Of a DNA stretch of 64,000 nucleotides, positions 17,803 through 28,079 are shown in pieces. The first letter of the stretch is position 1. The number at the start of each line of letters is the position of its first letter. Below the pieces are notes generated by a model. It saw nothing but the letters and a program-made list of their open reading frames with translations. It was not told the origin of the DNA and made no database searches. Source of the DNA: Candidatus Aminicenantes bacterium (GTDB taxonomy: Bacteria; Acidobacteriota; Aminicenantia; Aminicenantales; UBA4085); contig JAPKZG010000092.1 in the NCBI GenBank assembly GCA_026393895.1, forward strand, positions 6,246-70,245, written 5' to 3'. Made by a program: the position numbers and the translations under genes.

Positions 17803-20800
17803 AAAAAACAAAAGTCCTGATTTTGGGAAGCGGCGCCCTCAAAATCGGCGAGGCGGGCGAATTCGATTATTCCGGGAGCCAGGCCATCAAGGCCCTCAAG
17901 GAAGAAGGCCTCGAAGTCGTCCTGATTAATCCCAACATCGCCACCATTCAAACTTCGGAATTCCTGGCTGACAAAATCTACTTCCTGCCCGTGACCCCGG
18001 CCTTTGCCGAGAAAGTCATCATCCGCGAGAAGCCGGACGGCATCCTCCTCTCGTTCGGCGGCCAGACCGCCCTCAACTGCGGCGTCGCCCTGGCCAAATC
18101 GGGTGTGCTCGCCCGCCACGGCGTCGAAGTACTCGGAACCCCGGTCCAATCGATCGAAGACACTGAGGACCGGGAGCGTTTCAACGTCCGCCTGGCCGAA
18201 ATCGGCCTGAAATCCCCCAAGGGAGTCGCCGCCTCGACGATCGAGGAAGGTCTCCAAATCGCCCGACGGATCGGATACCCGGTCATGGCCCGCGTCGCCT
18301 ACGCCCTCGGCGGGCGCGGCAGCGGCCTGTCGCAAAACGAGACCGAACTCCGGGAAACCTTGAAAAAGGCCTTCGCCGCCGCCCCCCAGGTCCTGATCGA
18401 GGAATACCTCGAAGGATGGAAAGAGGTCGAATACGAGGTCGTCCGGGACAGGGACGACAATTGTGTCGCCGTCTGCAACATGGAAAATTTCGACCCCATG
18501 GGAATCCATACGGGCGAGAGCATCGTCATCGCCCCTTCGCAGACGCTGACCAACACCGAATACCATATGCTCAGGGAGATCGCCCTCAAGGCCGTCCGTC
18601 ACCTGAAAATCGTCGGCGAATGCAACATCCAGTACGCCCTCCACCCGAAAAACGGCGATTACCGGATCATCGAGGTCAACGCCCGGTTGTCGCGGAGTTC
18701 TGCCCTCGCCTCGAAGGCCACCGGATATCCGCTGGCGTCCGTCGCGGCCAAGCTCGCCCTCGGCCGGTCCCTCCTTTCCCTCCCGAATTCCATCACCCGG
18801 AAAACTTCGGCCTGCTTCGAACCCGCCCTGGACTATCTCGTGGTCAAGATCCCGCGCTGGGACCTCAAGAAGTTCCGCCGTGTCTCTAAAAAGATCGGAT
18901 CAGAAATGAAATCGGTCGGGGAAGTAATGGCCATCGGCCGGTCGTTCGAGGAAGCCCTCCAGAAGGCGACCCGGATGCTCCAAATCGGGGTCTACGGCGT
19001 CGTCGGCAACGACAGTTATTCGTTCGACGACCTTGAACTCGAACTCCGGCAGCCGACCGACGAGCGTCTGTTCGGTCTGGCCGAGGCCCTCAAAAAGGGC
19101 TGGGACGTCGACCGCATCCATCAACTGACGAAGATCGACCGCTGGTTCATCACGAAGATCAAGAACATCGTCGGGGTCGAAGCGCGTCTGCGCGAGCTCG
19201 AAAAGGGAGCCGTTCTGCCGAAGGATCTCCTCGGCGAGGCCAAGAAGCGCGGTTTTTCGGACAAACAGATCGCCATCCTTACCGGGTCCAAAGAAAGCGC
19301 CGTCCGGGCGCGACGGGAACGCCTGCGGATCCGCCCGGTCGTCAAACAAATCGATACCTTGGCGGCCGAATATCCGGCCAAAACAAATTATTTGTACGAA
19401 ACGTACCATGGGACCGAAGACGACGTCGCTTTCGTCCGGAAGAACAACAAGAAGGTGATGGTCCTCGGCTCGGGCTCCTACAGCATAGGCTCGTCCGTGG
19501 AGTTTGACTGGTGCTGCGTGTCGGCGGTCCGGGCGCTGAAAAGACTCGGCTACGAAACGCTGATGATCAATTACAATCCGGAGACGGTTTCGACGGATTA
19601 CGACATCTGCGACCGCCTCTACTTCGAGGAACTCAGCTTCGAACGCGTCCTGGACATCTACCGGAGGGAAAATCCCCGCGGGGTCATTCTCTCCATGGGC
19701 GGGCAGATTCCTAACAACATCGCCATGAAATGCCACCGGGCCGGCCTGCGCATCCTCGGCACCTCGCCCGAGTCCATCGATACGGCCGAAAATCGGTTCA
19801 AGTTTTCCAAACTGCTGGACGATCTCGGCATCGACCAGCCCGCCTGGCGGGAGCTTCGGAGCGTGCCGGAGGCCAAGGCCTTCGCCCGGAAGGCCGGGTA
19901 TCCCGTATTAGTCCGGCCGTCCTACGTCCTGAGCGGGGCGGCCATGAGCGTCGTTTTCGACGAGAACGACCTTCAGGTCTATCTCCAGAAGGCCTCCCGG
20001 GTTTCGCCCGCCTACCCGGTTGTGATCAGCAAGTTCATCCTCAAGGCCAAGGAGATCGAATTCGACGCGGTGGCCTGCGACGGAAGGATCGTCGCTTCGG
20101 CCGTGATCGAACACGTCGAAAACGCGGGCGTCCATTCGGGCGACGCAACGATGGTCCTGCCCCCGCAAAAGACGTACATCGCTACCATGCGGAAAGTCCG
20201 CGACACCGGCCGCCGGATCGCCGAAGCCCTTAAAATCACCGGACCGTTCAACATCCAGTTCCTCGCCAAGGATAACGCCATCAAGGTCATCGAATGCAAC
20301 CTCCGGGCGTCGCGTTCGTTCCCCTTCGTTTCCAAGGTGGCCAAGGTGAATTTCGTCGACCTGGCGGTCGAAGCGATGATGGGCCGGAATCCTAAAAATA
20401 AAACGTCCACCCTCGATCTGAATTACGTCGGAGTGAAAGCGCCGCAGTTTTCCTTCTCCCGGTTGAAGGGCGCCGATCCGACCTCGGGCGTGGAAATGGC
20501 CTCGACCGGGGAAGTCGCCTGCCTCGGCGAAGACGTCCAGGAAGCGTTCCTCAAATCGCTGCTCTCGGCCGGATATTCCCTCCCGAAAAGGGGGATTTTG
20601 ATCAGCATCGGGAGCCGGGCAGACAAGTTGAGGTTTCTCGAGTCCGCCCGGACGCTCCAGGGAATGAGCCTCCCGATTTTCGCGACCGAACAGACCTCGC
20701 GATTATTGGCGGACAACGGGATTCCCAACCTTCTTCTCCACAAGGTTCACGAGAAAAAACGCCCCAACATCCGGGATTTCATCGCCGAACGGAAAATCGA

Positions 20801-20990
20801 TTTCGTCATCTCGATCCCCGACCCGGAGCGAAAGGCCGCTTTCGACAGCGATTACGAATTGAGGCGGATGGCCGTGGATTTTTCCATTCCCCTTTTGACG
20901 AATCTCCAGGTGTCGGAACTGTTCGTCCAGTCCCTTGCGGTAAAAAATCCCGAAGACCTCCTCATCAAACACTGGGCGGAATACGAATAA
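17799..20990 (+). CDS. carB: Carbamoyl-phosphate synthase large subunit
   Basis: GSG..KIGEAGEFDYSG, HTGES, two ATP-grasp halves and an MGS domain; ATGA overlap with carA. Confidence 0.97.
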   Translation: MKKTKVLILGSGALKIGEAGEFDYSGSQAIKALKEEGLEVVLINPNIATIQTSEFLADKIYFLPVTPAFAEKVIIREKPDGILLSFGGQTALNCGVALAKSGVLARHGVEVLGTPVQSIEDTEDRERFNVRLAEIGLKSPKGVAASTIEEGLQIARRIGYPVMARVAYALGGRGSGLSQNETELRETLKKAFAAAPQVLIEEYLEGWKEVEYEVVRDRDDNCVAVCNMENFDPMGIHTGESIVIAPSQTLTNTEYHMLREIALKAVRHLKIVGECNIQYALHPKNGDYRIIEVNARLSRSSALASKATGYPLASVAAKLALGRSLLSLPNSITRKTSACFEPALDYLVVKIPRWDLKKFRRVSKKIGSEMKSVGEVMAIGRSFEEALQKATRMLQIGVYGVVGNDSYSFDDLELELRQPTDERLFGLAEALKKGWDVDRIHQLTKIDRWFITKIKNIVGVEARLRELEKGAVLPKDLLGEAKKRGFSDKQIAILTGSKESAVRARRERLRIRPVVKQIDTLAAEYPAKTNYLYETYHGTEDDVAFVRKNNKKVMVLGSGSYSIGSSVEFDWCCVSAVRALKRLGYETLMINYNPETVSTDYDICDRLYFEELSFERVLDIYRRENPRGVILSMGGQIPNNIAMKCHRAGLRILGTSPESIDTAENRFKFSKLLDDLGIDQPAWRELRSVPEAKAFARKAGYPVLVRPSYVLSGAAMSVVFDENDLQVYLQKASRVSPAYPVVISKFILKAKEIEFDAVACDGRIVASAVIEHVENAGVHSGDATMVLPPQKTYIATMRKVRDTGRRIAEALKITGPFNIQFLAKDNAIKVIECNLRASRSFPFVSKVAKVNFVDLAVEAMMGRNPKNKTSTLDLNYVGVKAPQFSFSRLKGADPTSGVEMASTGEVACLGEDVQEAFLKSLLSAGYSLPKRGILISIGSRADKLRFLESARTLQGMSLPIFATEQTSRLLADNGIPNLLLHKVHEKKRPNIRDFIAERKIDFVISIPDPERKAAFDSDYELRRMAVDFSIPLLTNLQVSELFVQSLAVKNPEDLLIKHWAEYE

Positions 20991-21026
20991 AAAAAAGCGC
21001 CGGGCCTCCCGGCCCGGCGCGTATTT
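20989..21026. terminator. Terminator hairpin between convergent genes
   Basis: A-run then GCGCCGGGCC-TCCC-GGCCCGGCGC; the U-tract is on the minus strand. Confidence 0.75.
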
Positions 21027-21056
21027 ATAATATCGAAGTAAAAAAGGACGGCCTCT

Positions 21057-21788
21057 TTATCTCTTCTGCAAATCCCCCATGCCGAGCGTGGCTTTCTTCG
21101 TGAAACCGGCGGGAACCGCGTAGGTTCCAGCCGGGGCGTCTTTTTGGGAAATCTCCACGACTTCGGTCGTCGAGTGAATCTTGGCGCCCATCATCTCGGC
21201 GTTCACTTCCGAGGAGATCTGATATCCCTTGATTTTCTTCATCTCTTCGACTGAGGCGTCATTCAGGCGCATCATCCCCTTGGTCATGGCCGGCATGAAT
21301 TTTTCGGAGAATTTCACCGTGTCAAAAGGGACTTCGGTCGACGCCCAGATCTTGGTTTTCATGGGCATGCCCATGACCGTCATCGACATGTCGTAGCCCT
21401 GACAGTTCCACTGCCCGATTTTTTTCGTTTCACCGGTCGGAGATACAGTGGCCGACATCACGATCATTCCGGCCATCGCCGCCATCTCGGGAGGCAGGAG
21501 CTTGGCAAAATCGACCGGAAGAGGCGTTTCGACATAGGACTTATTTTCGAAGCTGATCATGCTGAACAAATTCTTGGACAAGTCGATGATGGTGCTGCTG
21601 TCCTTGCCGACCATGGCCATCGCGTTGTCGCTGATCCAGAGCTCGGAGATGGAGTCCGTGGCGGGCGTATTCTGCCCCATCATCGACATGGCGTCCGTAT
21701 GCGCCTTGCTCTTGATGTAGACGTCCGCGCTCAGGAAGAGAGCGGATGTCGCAACGATCATCAATCCCACAAAAAATTTCCTCATCAT
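21057..21788 (-). CDS. Secreted DUF4412-like protein
   Basis: Signal peptide; TGETKKIGQWNC.GY; F/Y.VPAGF near the C-terminus; Met-rich. Confidence 0.7.
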   Translation of the reverse strand: MMRKFFVGLMIVATSALFLSADVYIKSKAHTDAMSMMGQNTPATDSISELWISDNAMAMVGKDSSTIIDLSKNLFSMISFENKSYVETPLPVDFAKLLPPEMAAMAGMIVMSATVSPTGETKKIGQWNCQGYDMSMTVMGMPMKTKIWASTEVPFDTVKFSEKFMPAMTKGMMRLNDASVEEMKKIKGYQISSEVNAEMMGAKIHSTTEVVEISQKDAPAGTYAVPAGFTKKATLGMGDLQKR

Positions 21789-21859
21789 GTTTTCCTTTCC
21801 GGCCCGGTCTCGGGCCCGTTTGAAATCGCTTTATTCCTGAAAATATCCGGTCGGTCGGA

Positions 21860-22387
21860 TTACTTGCTCAGAACGAAGGTCACGCCGATCGCCCCACCGA
21901 ATCCTGTGTAGCTGCCAACGAGATAACCGTAGAGTTTTAGGCTGGCGGCGATTTTCGGAGAAAACCAATAACGACCTCCAACAAGCGGATAAAGACTAAG
22001 TCCCGAAGCCGCTGCGCTCCCCGATGAATAACCGGTATTGTAGCTTACGGAAACGACAGAATACCCGAGCCCCGCTCCGGCATAAAGGTCGACTTTATCC
22101 GCGTCAAGTTTAGTGAAGTGATAATTTGCTTCCGCCGCGATCGTGATTAAGCTCACTTTCCAAAATTCTTCACTCCAAAATTGGCCCATGACAGATCCGC
22201 CGACGCCTATATTTTCTGTTACGCCATATTCTCCACTGACACCAAGGGGGAGGCTGCCGCCCCAAGATGAAAACCCGATTTGCGGGGTCACGTAGATGCC
22301 GCCCTTCCAGAATTCCTTCGTGCCGGCTGCGGCCGTCCCGGCCAAAACCGCCAGCGCTAAAACCGTCACTAACACTATGCGTTTCAT
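21860..22387 (-). CDS. Small outer-membrane beta-barrel protein
   Basis: Signal peptide; ANYHF, DLYAGAGLGY, GGRYWF strands; start ATG 22387 with GGAGG. Confidence 0.8.
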   Translation of the reverse strand: MKRIVLVTVLALAVLAGTAAAGTKEFWKGGIYVTPQIGFSSWGGSLPLGVSGEYGVTENIGVGGSVMGQFWSEEFWKVSLITIAAEANYHFTKLDADKVDLYAGAGLGYSVVSVSYNTGYSSGSAAASGLSLYPLVGGRYWFSPKIAASLKLYGYLVGSYTGFGGAIGVTFVLSK

Positions 22388-22418
22388 ATTTCCTCCTCTC
22401 CGTTTTGGATTGAATTTA

Positions 22419-22447
22419 ATTATACGGGATGCGATCGGAATTGTCAA
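22419..22447 (-). promoter_or_regulatory. Consensus sigma70 promoter
   Basis: TTGACA-N17-TATAAT. Confidence 0.75.
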
Positions 22448-22522
22448 GGAAATATTTATATTATTCCTATGGTTTTAGTGTGTATACGCCTTCCGTTCCA
22501 AGGCCCGAGGGGGCGGGAATCA

Positions 22523-22894
22523 CTAGGGACGGCGCAATGCCCTTTTCAGGGCCAGGCGTACCCGGTCCCGCGTGAATCCTCCCTGGGCATAATCGAATAA
22601 AGCATCCACAATTTTCCGCCCGAAAAAATAAGCCCTGTAGAACCGGCTCTTATCCTGTTTGAACTCGCCGAAGTACGGACAAATCTGGCATTGAAAGGGG
22701 ATCCCGCCCCGGGCGATCGTCCTTCGGATGCGGCGGGCTTTCCGGCTGTCCCATATGTCCTCGAGGCCTTTTCTGGTCAGGTTTCCTATCTTCCCCCCCG
22801 GCCGGATGATGAAACAGCAGAAGTAGCAGTCCCCGTTGGCTTCCACGAGGAAGTTTTCCCAGGGTTTGCGGCATATCTGCCCGGCGGGTTTCAT
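22523..22894 (-). CDS. Stand-alone SPASM/twitch-domain protein
   Basis: C..PW....V..NGD.Y.CC...IGNL....LEDIW...CQIC. Confidence 0.8.
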   Translation of the reverse strand: MKPAGQICRKPWENFLVEANGDCYFCCFIIRPGGKIGNLTRKGLEDIWDSRKARRIRRTIARGGIPFQCQICPYFGEFKQDKSRFYRAYFFGRKIVDALFDYAQGGFTRDRVRLALKRALRRP

Positions 22895-23673
22895 GTGTAG
22901 TATCCCGAAAACTCAGTGACGAGCTCGATGCCGTAGCTTTGAGCCTTGGCTCGCGCCTCATTGACGGCCGCCCGGAACCCGGGCAACTTCACATCGACCA
23001 TCTGGTCGTGATAATTGAAAACAAATTCCCCGTTCCGGACCTCGTAGTTCTCCGTCGGGTTCAGTAAACCCAGGTGAATGATTCCCGCCCCGAGCTCTCT
23101 GGCAAGATCGACGAACGCGCCGGTCTCGGACTCGTTTTCTTTCATCAAAGTCATGTTGACCTTGATGACCGGGCGGTCGACCTCCAGCTCTTGTTTGATC
23201 CGGGTCAAGCGCTTGATGTTGCCGACGACTAGGTCGAAATTCGACCTCCTGATCTTTCGGTACGTTTCGCGTGTCGCCGCATCAAGGGAGAAGTCGATCA
23301 TGCTGAGCTTCTTCGAAATGAAGGCCCGGCTCATCTCCTCCGTCAGGAGCAGGCCGTTTGAATTGAACTGGACCCAGGTTTTCTCCCGGTCAATGTTGTC
23401 GAGGAGGGCCATAAGCTTCCCCCCGAGCAGCGGTTCGCCGACGCCGTGGAGGGATATGGTCTTGAATCCCCGCAGGAAGGGGACAAGTCTTTCAAAGGCA
23501 CTGTCGCTGATGTCGTAGCTGATATGTCTTTTATCGAAGATCCGGGGATAGCACATGACGCAGGGCGGATGGATGTTGCACCGGGTGGAGGACTCGATCT
23601 CCAGAATGGAAGGGAGCGATCCCGCCCAGCCGCGGGCGGCCGATCGATTTCCCCGGTGTTTTTTCATGAACAT
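22891..23673 (-). CDS. Radical SAM core enzyme with CX5CX2C motif
   Basis: CNIHPPCVMC, HGVGEPLL, NSNGLLL, FSLDAA. Confidence 0.85.
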   Translation of the reverse strand: MFMKKHRGNRSAARGWAGSLPSILEIESSTRCNIHPPCVMCYPRIFDKRHISYDISDSAFERLVPFLRGFKTISLHGVGEPLLGGKLMALLDNIDREKTWVQFNSNGLLLTEEMSRAFISKKLSMIDFSLDAATRETYRKIRRSNFDLVVGNIKRLTRIKQELEVDRPVIKVNMTLMKENESETGAFVDLARELGAGIIHLGLLNPTENYEVRNGEFVFNYHDQMVDVKLPGFRAAVNEARAKAQSYGIELVTEFSGYYT

Positions 23674-23811
23674 TCAACCCTGATTTTAGGCCAATATCTT
23701 ATTCCAGGCCACCGGAAGATTCAATCCGGAGCCTTCGGGTCCCGGACATTAGAATCATTAAGACTATCCCTCCCCCTTCCGTTCGTCCTCCCCTTATGGT
23801 AGAAAGAGGCG

Positions 23812-24753
23812 ATGCGCCGGAAGACCCTCTTTTTCCTCCTCCGCCTGGTCCTCGGCCTGGGCGGCCTGGTCGCCGTTTTCGTCTTTTCCCGAGCGAAGTT
23901 TCCCGAAATCGGCCGGGCGCTCCAAGGCGCAAACTGGGCCCTGCTGGTTCTCTCGTTCTCCCTCCACGCTTTCGGCCTGTTTGCCAGCGCCTACCGCTGG
24001 CAAATTCTGGCCAAGGCCCAGGGCGACCGCATCCCGCTCGGCTTTCTGACTAAATCTTACCTCATCGGAAAATTTTTCAACACCTTCCTTCCGACCAGTT
24101 TCGGGGGCGACGTCGTCCGTATTTGGGACGGGTCGAAATTCTCCTCTTCGATCGTCAAATCGTCGGCCATCGTCGTCGTCGAGCGGATGACGGGCGTCAT
24201 CGTCCTTTTCCTCTTCGCCCTCGTCGCCTCGCTCGGCCGTTTGGAAATGGCCGGCCGGGTGCCGTTCATCGGGGCGGCCATGGCCCTGGGGTTCGTCGGC
24301 CTGGCCGGGACCGTCGCGTTTCTCCTGCCGGCCGCCGGCCGGGCGCTTCGCCGGGGCCCCACCCGCGGATTCATCCGGAAAACCCTCGACAAGATGCTTC
24401 TGTTCCGGGAAGCCGTCGTCGCCTACCGGCGTTATCCGAAGCCGTTTTTCCGGGCGATGCTTTGGGCCGTTCTTCTTCAGCTCAACGTGATTCTCTACTT
24501 CATCTTGATCGGAAAAGCCCTCGGTCTTCCGATTCCCGCCTTCGATTATTTCATTTTCATCCCGCTGGTCCTTCTCGTTCAAATGCTCCCGGTCACCATC
24601 AACGGCCTCGGGGTTCGGGAAGGCGCCTACGTGGCGATTTTCGCCTACTACGGGCTGTCCTCGTCCGCCGCCCTGTCCTATTCGTTCATCGACCTGGCCT
24701 ACAGCCTGATCATCGGCGCGGTCGGAGCGTTGCTCTATCTGACGCGAAAATGA
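23812..24753 (+). CDS. Lysylphosphatidylglycerol synthase TM / flippase-like (UPF0104) protein
   Basis: RW..L, FFNTFLPTSFGGDVVR, ERMTG, GLGVREG. Confidence 0.88.
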   Translation: MRRKTLFFLLRLVLGLGGLVAVFVFSRAKFPEIGRALQGANWALLVLSFSLHAFGLFASAYRWQILAKAQGDRIPLGFLTKSYLIGKFFNTFLPTSFGGDVVRIWDGSKFSSSIVKSSAIVVVERMTGVIVLFLFALVASLGRLEMAGRVPFIGAAMALGFVGLAGTVAFLLPAAGRALRRGPTRGFIRKTLDKMLLFREAVVAYRRYPKPFFRAMLWAVLLQLNVILYFILIGKALGLPIPAFDYFIFIPLVLLVQMLPVTINGLGVREGAYVAIFAYYGLSSSAALSYSFIDLAYSLIIGAVGALLYLTRK

Positions 24754-25940
24754 ACCGACGAAGGATCGCCGCGGCCTTGATCGGGGGATGGCTTGTCGTC
24801 GCCGCCGGCCCCGTCCGGCCGCTGCGCGGTCAGGCGAAACAGCCGGCCGCCTCCTCCGGTCAGGCCGCCGAATACGAAAAACGCCTGTCGGAGATCCGGT
24901 TCGACATCAACCGGCTCCGGTCGAAACTCGGCGAGGAGGAAAACCGGGAAAAGTCCGTGCTTTCCCAATTGGACCGGATCGCCGTGAAAAAACGGCTTCT
25001 GCGGAGCGAATGGAACCTCCTCCAGGTTCAATTGGCCCAAACCCGGGCCGACCGGGACGCCGTCGGAAAAAGCATTCCGGAGATGGAAAGCGCCCTGGCC
25101 GCCGACCGGGCCCGTCTCGCCCGCGTTCTCGCCGCCCTCTATAAACACGGCCGCTTCGGCATCGTCCGCTACGCCCTGGAAGCGCGCGACCTGCGGACCT
25201 TCGTCGACCAGGTCCGCGCGCTCGAAATCATCGCCGGCTCCCAGGACCGCCTAATCACCGATTTTTCAACCCGGTTGACCGAGTTGGGACGGGCCGACCG
25301 GGAGCTCCGCGAAAAAGAAGCCGAGATCGCGGCCCTGACGGAACAATCGGCCGCCAAACGAACGGAGCTCGAGGCCGAGGAACGGAAAGACAAGACCCTC
25401 GTCGCCCAGATCAAAACGAACCAGAAAACCTACGAGCAGACGATCAGCGAGCTCAACCTACGCGCCCAGGAGCTCGAAAAACTCCTCCGGAAACTGGAAT
25501 CCCAGCCACACGCGACGGCGTTCCCCGGCCTCCCGTTCGCCGAAACGAAAGGCCGGCTCGACTGGCCCGTCAACGGGCGGGTCATTCAGGGCTACGGCCT
25601 CCAACGGGGCAGTTTCAACACGAAAACCGAAAACAACGGGATCGAGATCGCCCCGCCGTCGAACGACCTGACGATCCGGGCAATCCACGCCGGGAAAGTG
25701 GTTTACGCCGACTTCTTCCCGAGCTACGGCAACCTCCTCATCCTCGAGCACGGTGGGGGCTACCACTCGCTCTACGGCCACTGCGCCGAGTTTCTCGTCC
25801 GCAACGGCGACATTATCGGACCCGGAACGCCCGTGGCCGTCGTCGGCGACACCGCCTCCCTTTCGGGCGTTTCGCTCTATTTCGAGATCCGTTACCAGAC
25901 CAAACCCGTCGACCCCTTGCTTTGGCTTCGGCGAAGGTGA
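24750..25940 (+). CDS. EnvC-like murein hydrolase activator (coiled coil + degenerate M23)
   Basis: Long coiled coil; KGRLDWPV, NNGIEI, SLYGH, LYFEIR; start ATG 24750. Confidence 0.88.
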   Translation: MNRRRIAAALIGGWLVVAAGPVRPLRGQAKQPAASSGQAAEYEKRLSEIRFDINRLRSKLGEEENREKSVLSQLDRIAVKKRLLRSEWNLLQVQLAQTRADRDAVGKSIPEMESALAADRARLARVLAALYKHGRFGIVRYALEARDLRTFVDQVRALEIIAGSQDRLITDFSTRLTELGRADRELREKEAEIAALTEQSAAKRTELEAEERKDKTLVAQIKTNQKTYEQTISELNLRAQELEKLLRKLESQPHATAFPGLPFAETKGRLDWPVNGRVIQGYGLQRGSFNTKTENNGIEIAPPSNDLTIRAIHAGKVVYADFFPSYGNLLILEHGGGYHSLYGHCAEFLVRNGDIIGPGTPVAVVGDTASLSGVSLYFEIRYQTKPVDPLLWLRRR

Positions 25941-25972
25941 TAGGATTCTTTTTTACGGAGCCAGAGACCCCG

Positions 25973-27112
25973 ATGAAATCTCCCCGTCCCCGGATCATCA
26001 TCCCCTATGCCCTGGCGGTTGCGGCCGTCTTCCTGTTCCTGTGGACGCGCCCCCCTCTTCAGTCCTCTAAATTCCCTCCGGCCGAGGATTCCGACATCCT
26101 GGAAAGGGCCGTTCAACACATCCGCGACGATTATGTCGACGAAGCGGACCCGCGCCGGACGATGGAAGGCGCCTTCCAGGGGCTCATCGGATCACTCGAT
26201 CCGATGTCGTCCTACTTGAACCACGACCTGATGGCCCGGGCGTCTTCCCCCCGCGTCGATCAGCTCTATGACGTCGGTTTGGCCGCCTATAAAAGGCCCG
26301 GAGCTTTCCCCGTCGTAGTCGGGATCGCCGAGGGGTCGCCGGCCGAAAAAGCCGGGATTCAAACAGGCGACGCGATCAGCGCGGTCGACGATCGTTCCAC
26401 CCTCGTCTGGAGCCACAACGAATTCCGATTCGCTCTGAAAGACACGGAAGCGAAACCGGTCAAACTCCGCCTGATCCACGAAAACGCGACATCCGAAAAA
26501 ACGGTCGACCGGGTCGCGCCGTATCCGATCTCCCTCGCCTGGACCGAGGAAAAAGGAACGTCGGGCATCGTCCGGATTTTTCATCTTTTTTCCGGAACCG
26601 GGGCCGAGTTCAAATCCTCCGTCCTCCCGAAAGTCGCGGGGAGGAAAGAAACTCTCATCCTCGACCTTCGCGGCTGCCGCGAGGGAGAGATCGAGGAAGC
26701 AAGAATCCTGGTCAATCTCTTCGTGAAAAACCTTCAGGCCGGGACGATCGAGAAAAAGGGCGGGGTTAAAACCGCCTGGGCCTGCCCCGCCGAACCCGTT
26801 CTCCCCGACGTGCCCCTTGTGGTCTGGGTGGATCCGGCGACGATGGGCCCGTCGGAAATCGTCGCCGCGGTCCTGCGCGACCTCAAAAGGGCCGCGGTCG
26901 TCGGCACGACGACGGCCGGTTTCACGGCCGAGCAAAAGCTTTTTCCGCTCAAGACGGGTGATGGGCTGCTCCTGACCGTCGGCGAATTCGTCCTTGCCTC
27001 GGGAGAGAAGATTTTTGAAAAAGGCGTCACGCCGGACGTCAAAATCGAGCCCGACAAGAGATCCCGGCAGGACTATTTTGAGAAGACGAAGGGTTTGCTC
27101 CGTGGCCGCTGA
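25973..27112 (+). CDS. S41/CtpA-family PDZ protein, catalytic residues degenerate
   Basis: LDPMS.Y, GSPAEKAGI, ILDLRG, GV.PD; the SASASE motif reads TMGPSE and TFGKG reads TAGFT. Confidence 0.85.
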   Translation: MKSPRPRIIIPYALAVAAVFLFLWTRPPLQSSKFPPAEDSDILERAVQHIRDDYVDEADPRRTMEGAFQGLIGSLDPMSSYLNHDLMARASSPRVDQLYDVGLAAYKRPGAFPVVVGIAEGSPAEKAGIQTGDAISAVDDRSTLVWSHNEFRFALKDTEAKPVKLRLIHENATSEKTVDRVAPYPISLAWTEEKGTSGIVRIFHLFSGTGAEFKSSVLPKVAGRKETLILDLRGCREGEIEEARILVNLFVKNLQAGTIEKKGGVKTAWACPAEPVLPDVPLVVWVDPATMGPSEIVAAVLRDLKRAAVVGTTTAGFTAEQKLFPLKTGDGLLLTVGEFVLASGEKIFEKGVTPDVKIEPDKRSRQDYFEKTKGLLRGR

Positions 27113-27115
27113 ACC

Positions 27116-27967
27116 ATGAAACGAAAGCGCAAGCCGCTTTCCTGGCTCATCCCGCCGGCCGTGGCGATTCTCGCTCTCGTCTTTATCATCATCCTGAGCA
27201 AACGGCCGGCCAAAACCGGGGCGAAATCCGGCTCCGCCGACGTCCGGCCTTCCTCGTCCGCCCCCGGGAAAACGGACGCACGTTCGGTCCCCGCCGCCCC
27301 GCCGCCCCGGGCAGCGATCATCATCGACGACATCGGTTACAGTTTGGAAGCGATCGAAAATGTCTACGCCGTCGGCCGGCCGCTTACCGTCTCCATCCTG
27401 CCGTACGCGAACCTGACGGAGGAATCCGCCCGCCTTGCGGCCGCCTGCAACCTGGAAATCATGCTCCATCTGCCCCTCGAATCCAACGCGGGCAAAAACG
27501 GGACGAAGGACGTCGAAGGGACTATTTCGGCGGGGAAAACCGACAGGGAAGTCCGGACCGGCGTCGAAAAATGCCTCGCCCGGGTTCCGAACGCCCGCGG
27601 CGTCAACAACCATGCGGGGTCGGCGACGACGGAAGAGGCGAAGTTGATGCGGCCGATTCTCGAAGTCCTCAAGGAGCGCGGGCTGTACTTCATCGACAGC
27701 CGGACGACTTCCGCGTCCGTCGCCCGTGAAGAAGCCGCGAAAATGGGCGTCCGGGCGGCGGCCCGGCAGGTTTTCATCGACGCGGAACCCGGCGAGAAGG
27801 CCATCACCGAAAAGCTCCGGGAACTCTTCCGTCTGGCGAAAAAAAACGGCCGGGCCGTCGGGATCTGCCACCCGAAACGCGAGTCTCTCGCCGCCCTGGC
27901 CCGCCACGCCGGCCTGGCCGACGCTTACGGCGTCACTCTCGTCTTCGCCTCCGCCATCGTCGAGTGA
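27116..27967 (+). CDS. Divergent polysaccharide deacetylase (YibQ-like)
   Basis: AIIIDDIG, LHLPLE, GVNNHAGS, FIDSRT, AVGICHP. Confidence 0.92.
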   Translation: MKRKRKPLSWLIPPAVAILALVFIIILSKRPAKTGAKSGSADVRPSSSAPGKTDARSVPAAPPPRAAIIIDDIGYSLEAIENVYAVGRPLTVSILPYANLTEESARLAAACNLEIMLHLPLESNAGKNGTKDVEGTISAGKTDREVRTGVEKCLARVPNARGVNNHAGSATTEEAKLMRPILEVLKERGLYFIDSRTTSASVAREEAAKMGVRAAARQVFIDAEPGEKAITEKLRELFRLAKKNGRAVGICHPKRESLAALARHAGLADAYGVTLVFASAIVE

Positions 27968-28079
27968 GGGAGTCCCTCCGGAAATGTTTCGCCCTCCGCC
28001 GCAGGCAGACCCCGAAAGGTTCGATTCGCCCGGCGGCTAAAATTTAAAAAGATATCGGGTCGAAACAATCCGGTTGATT

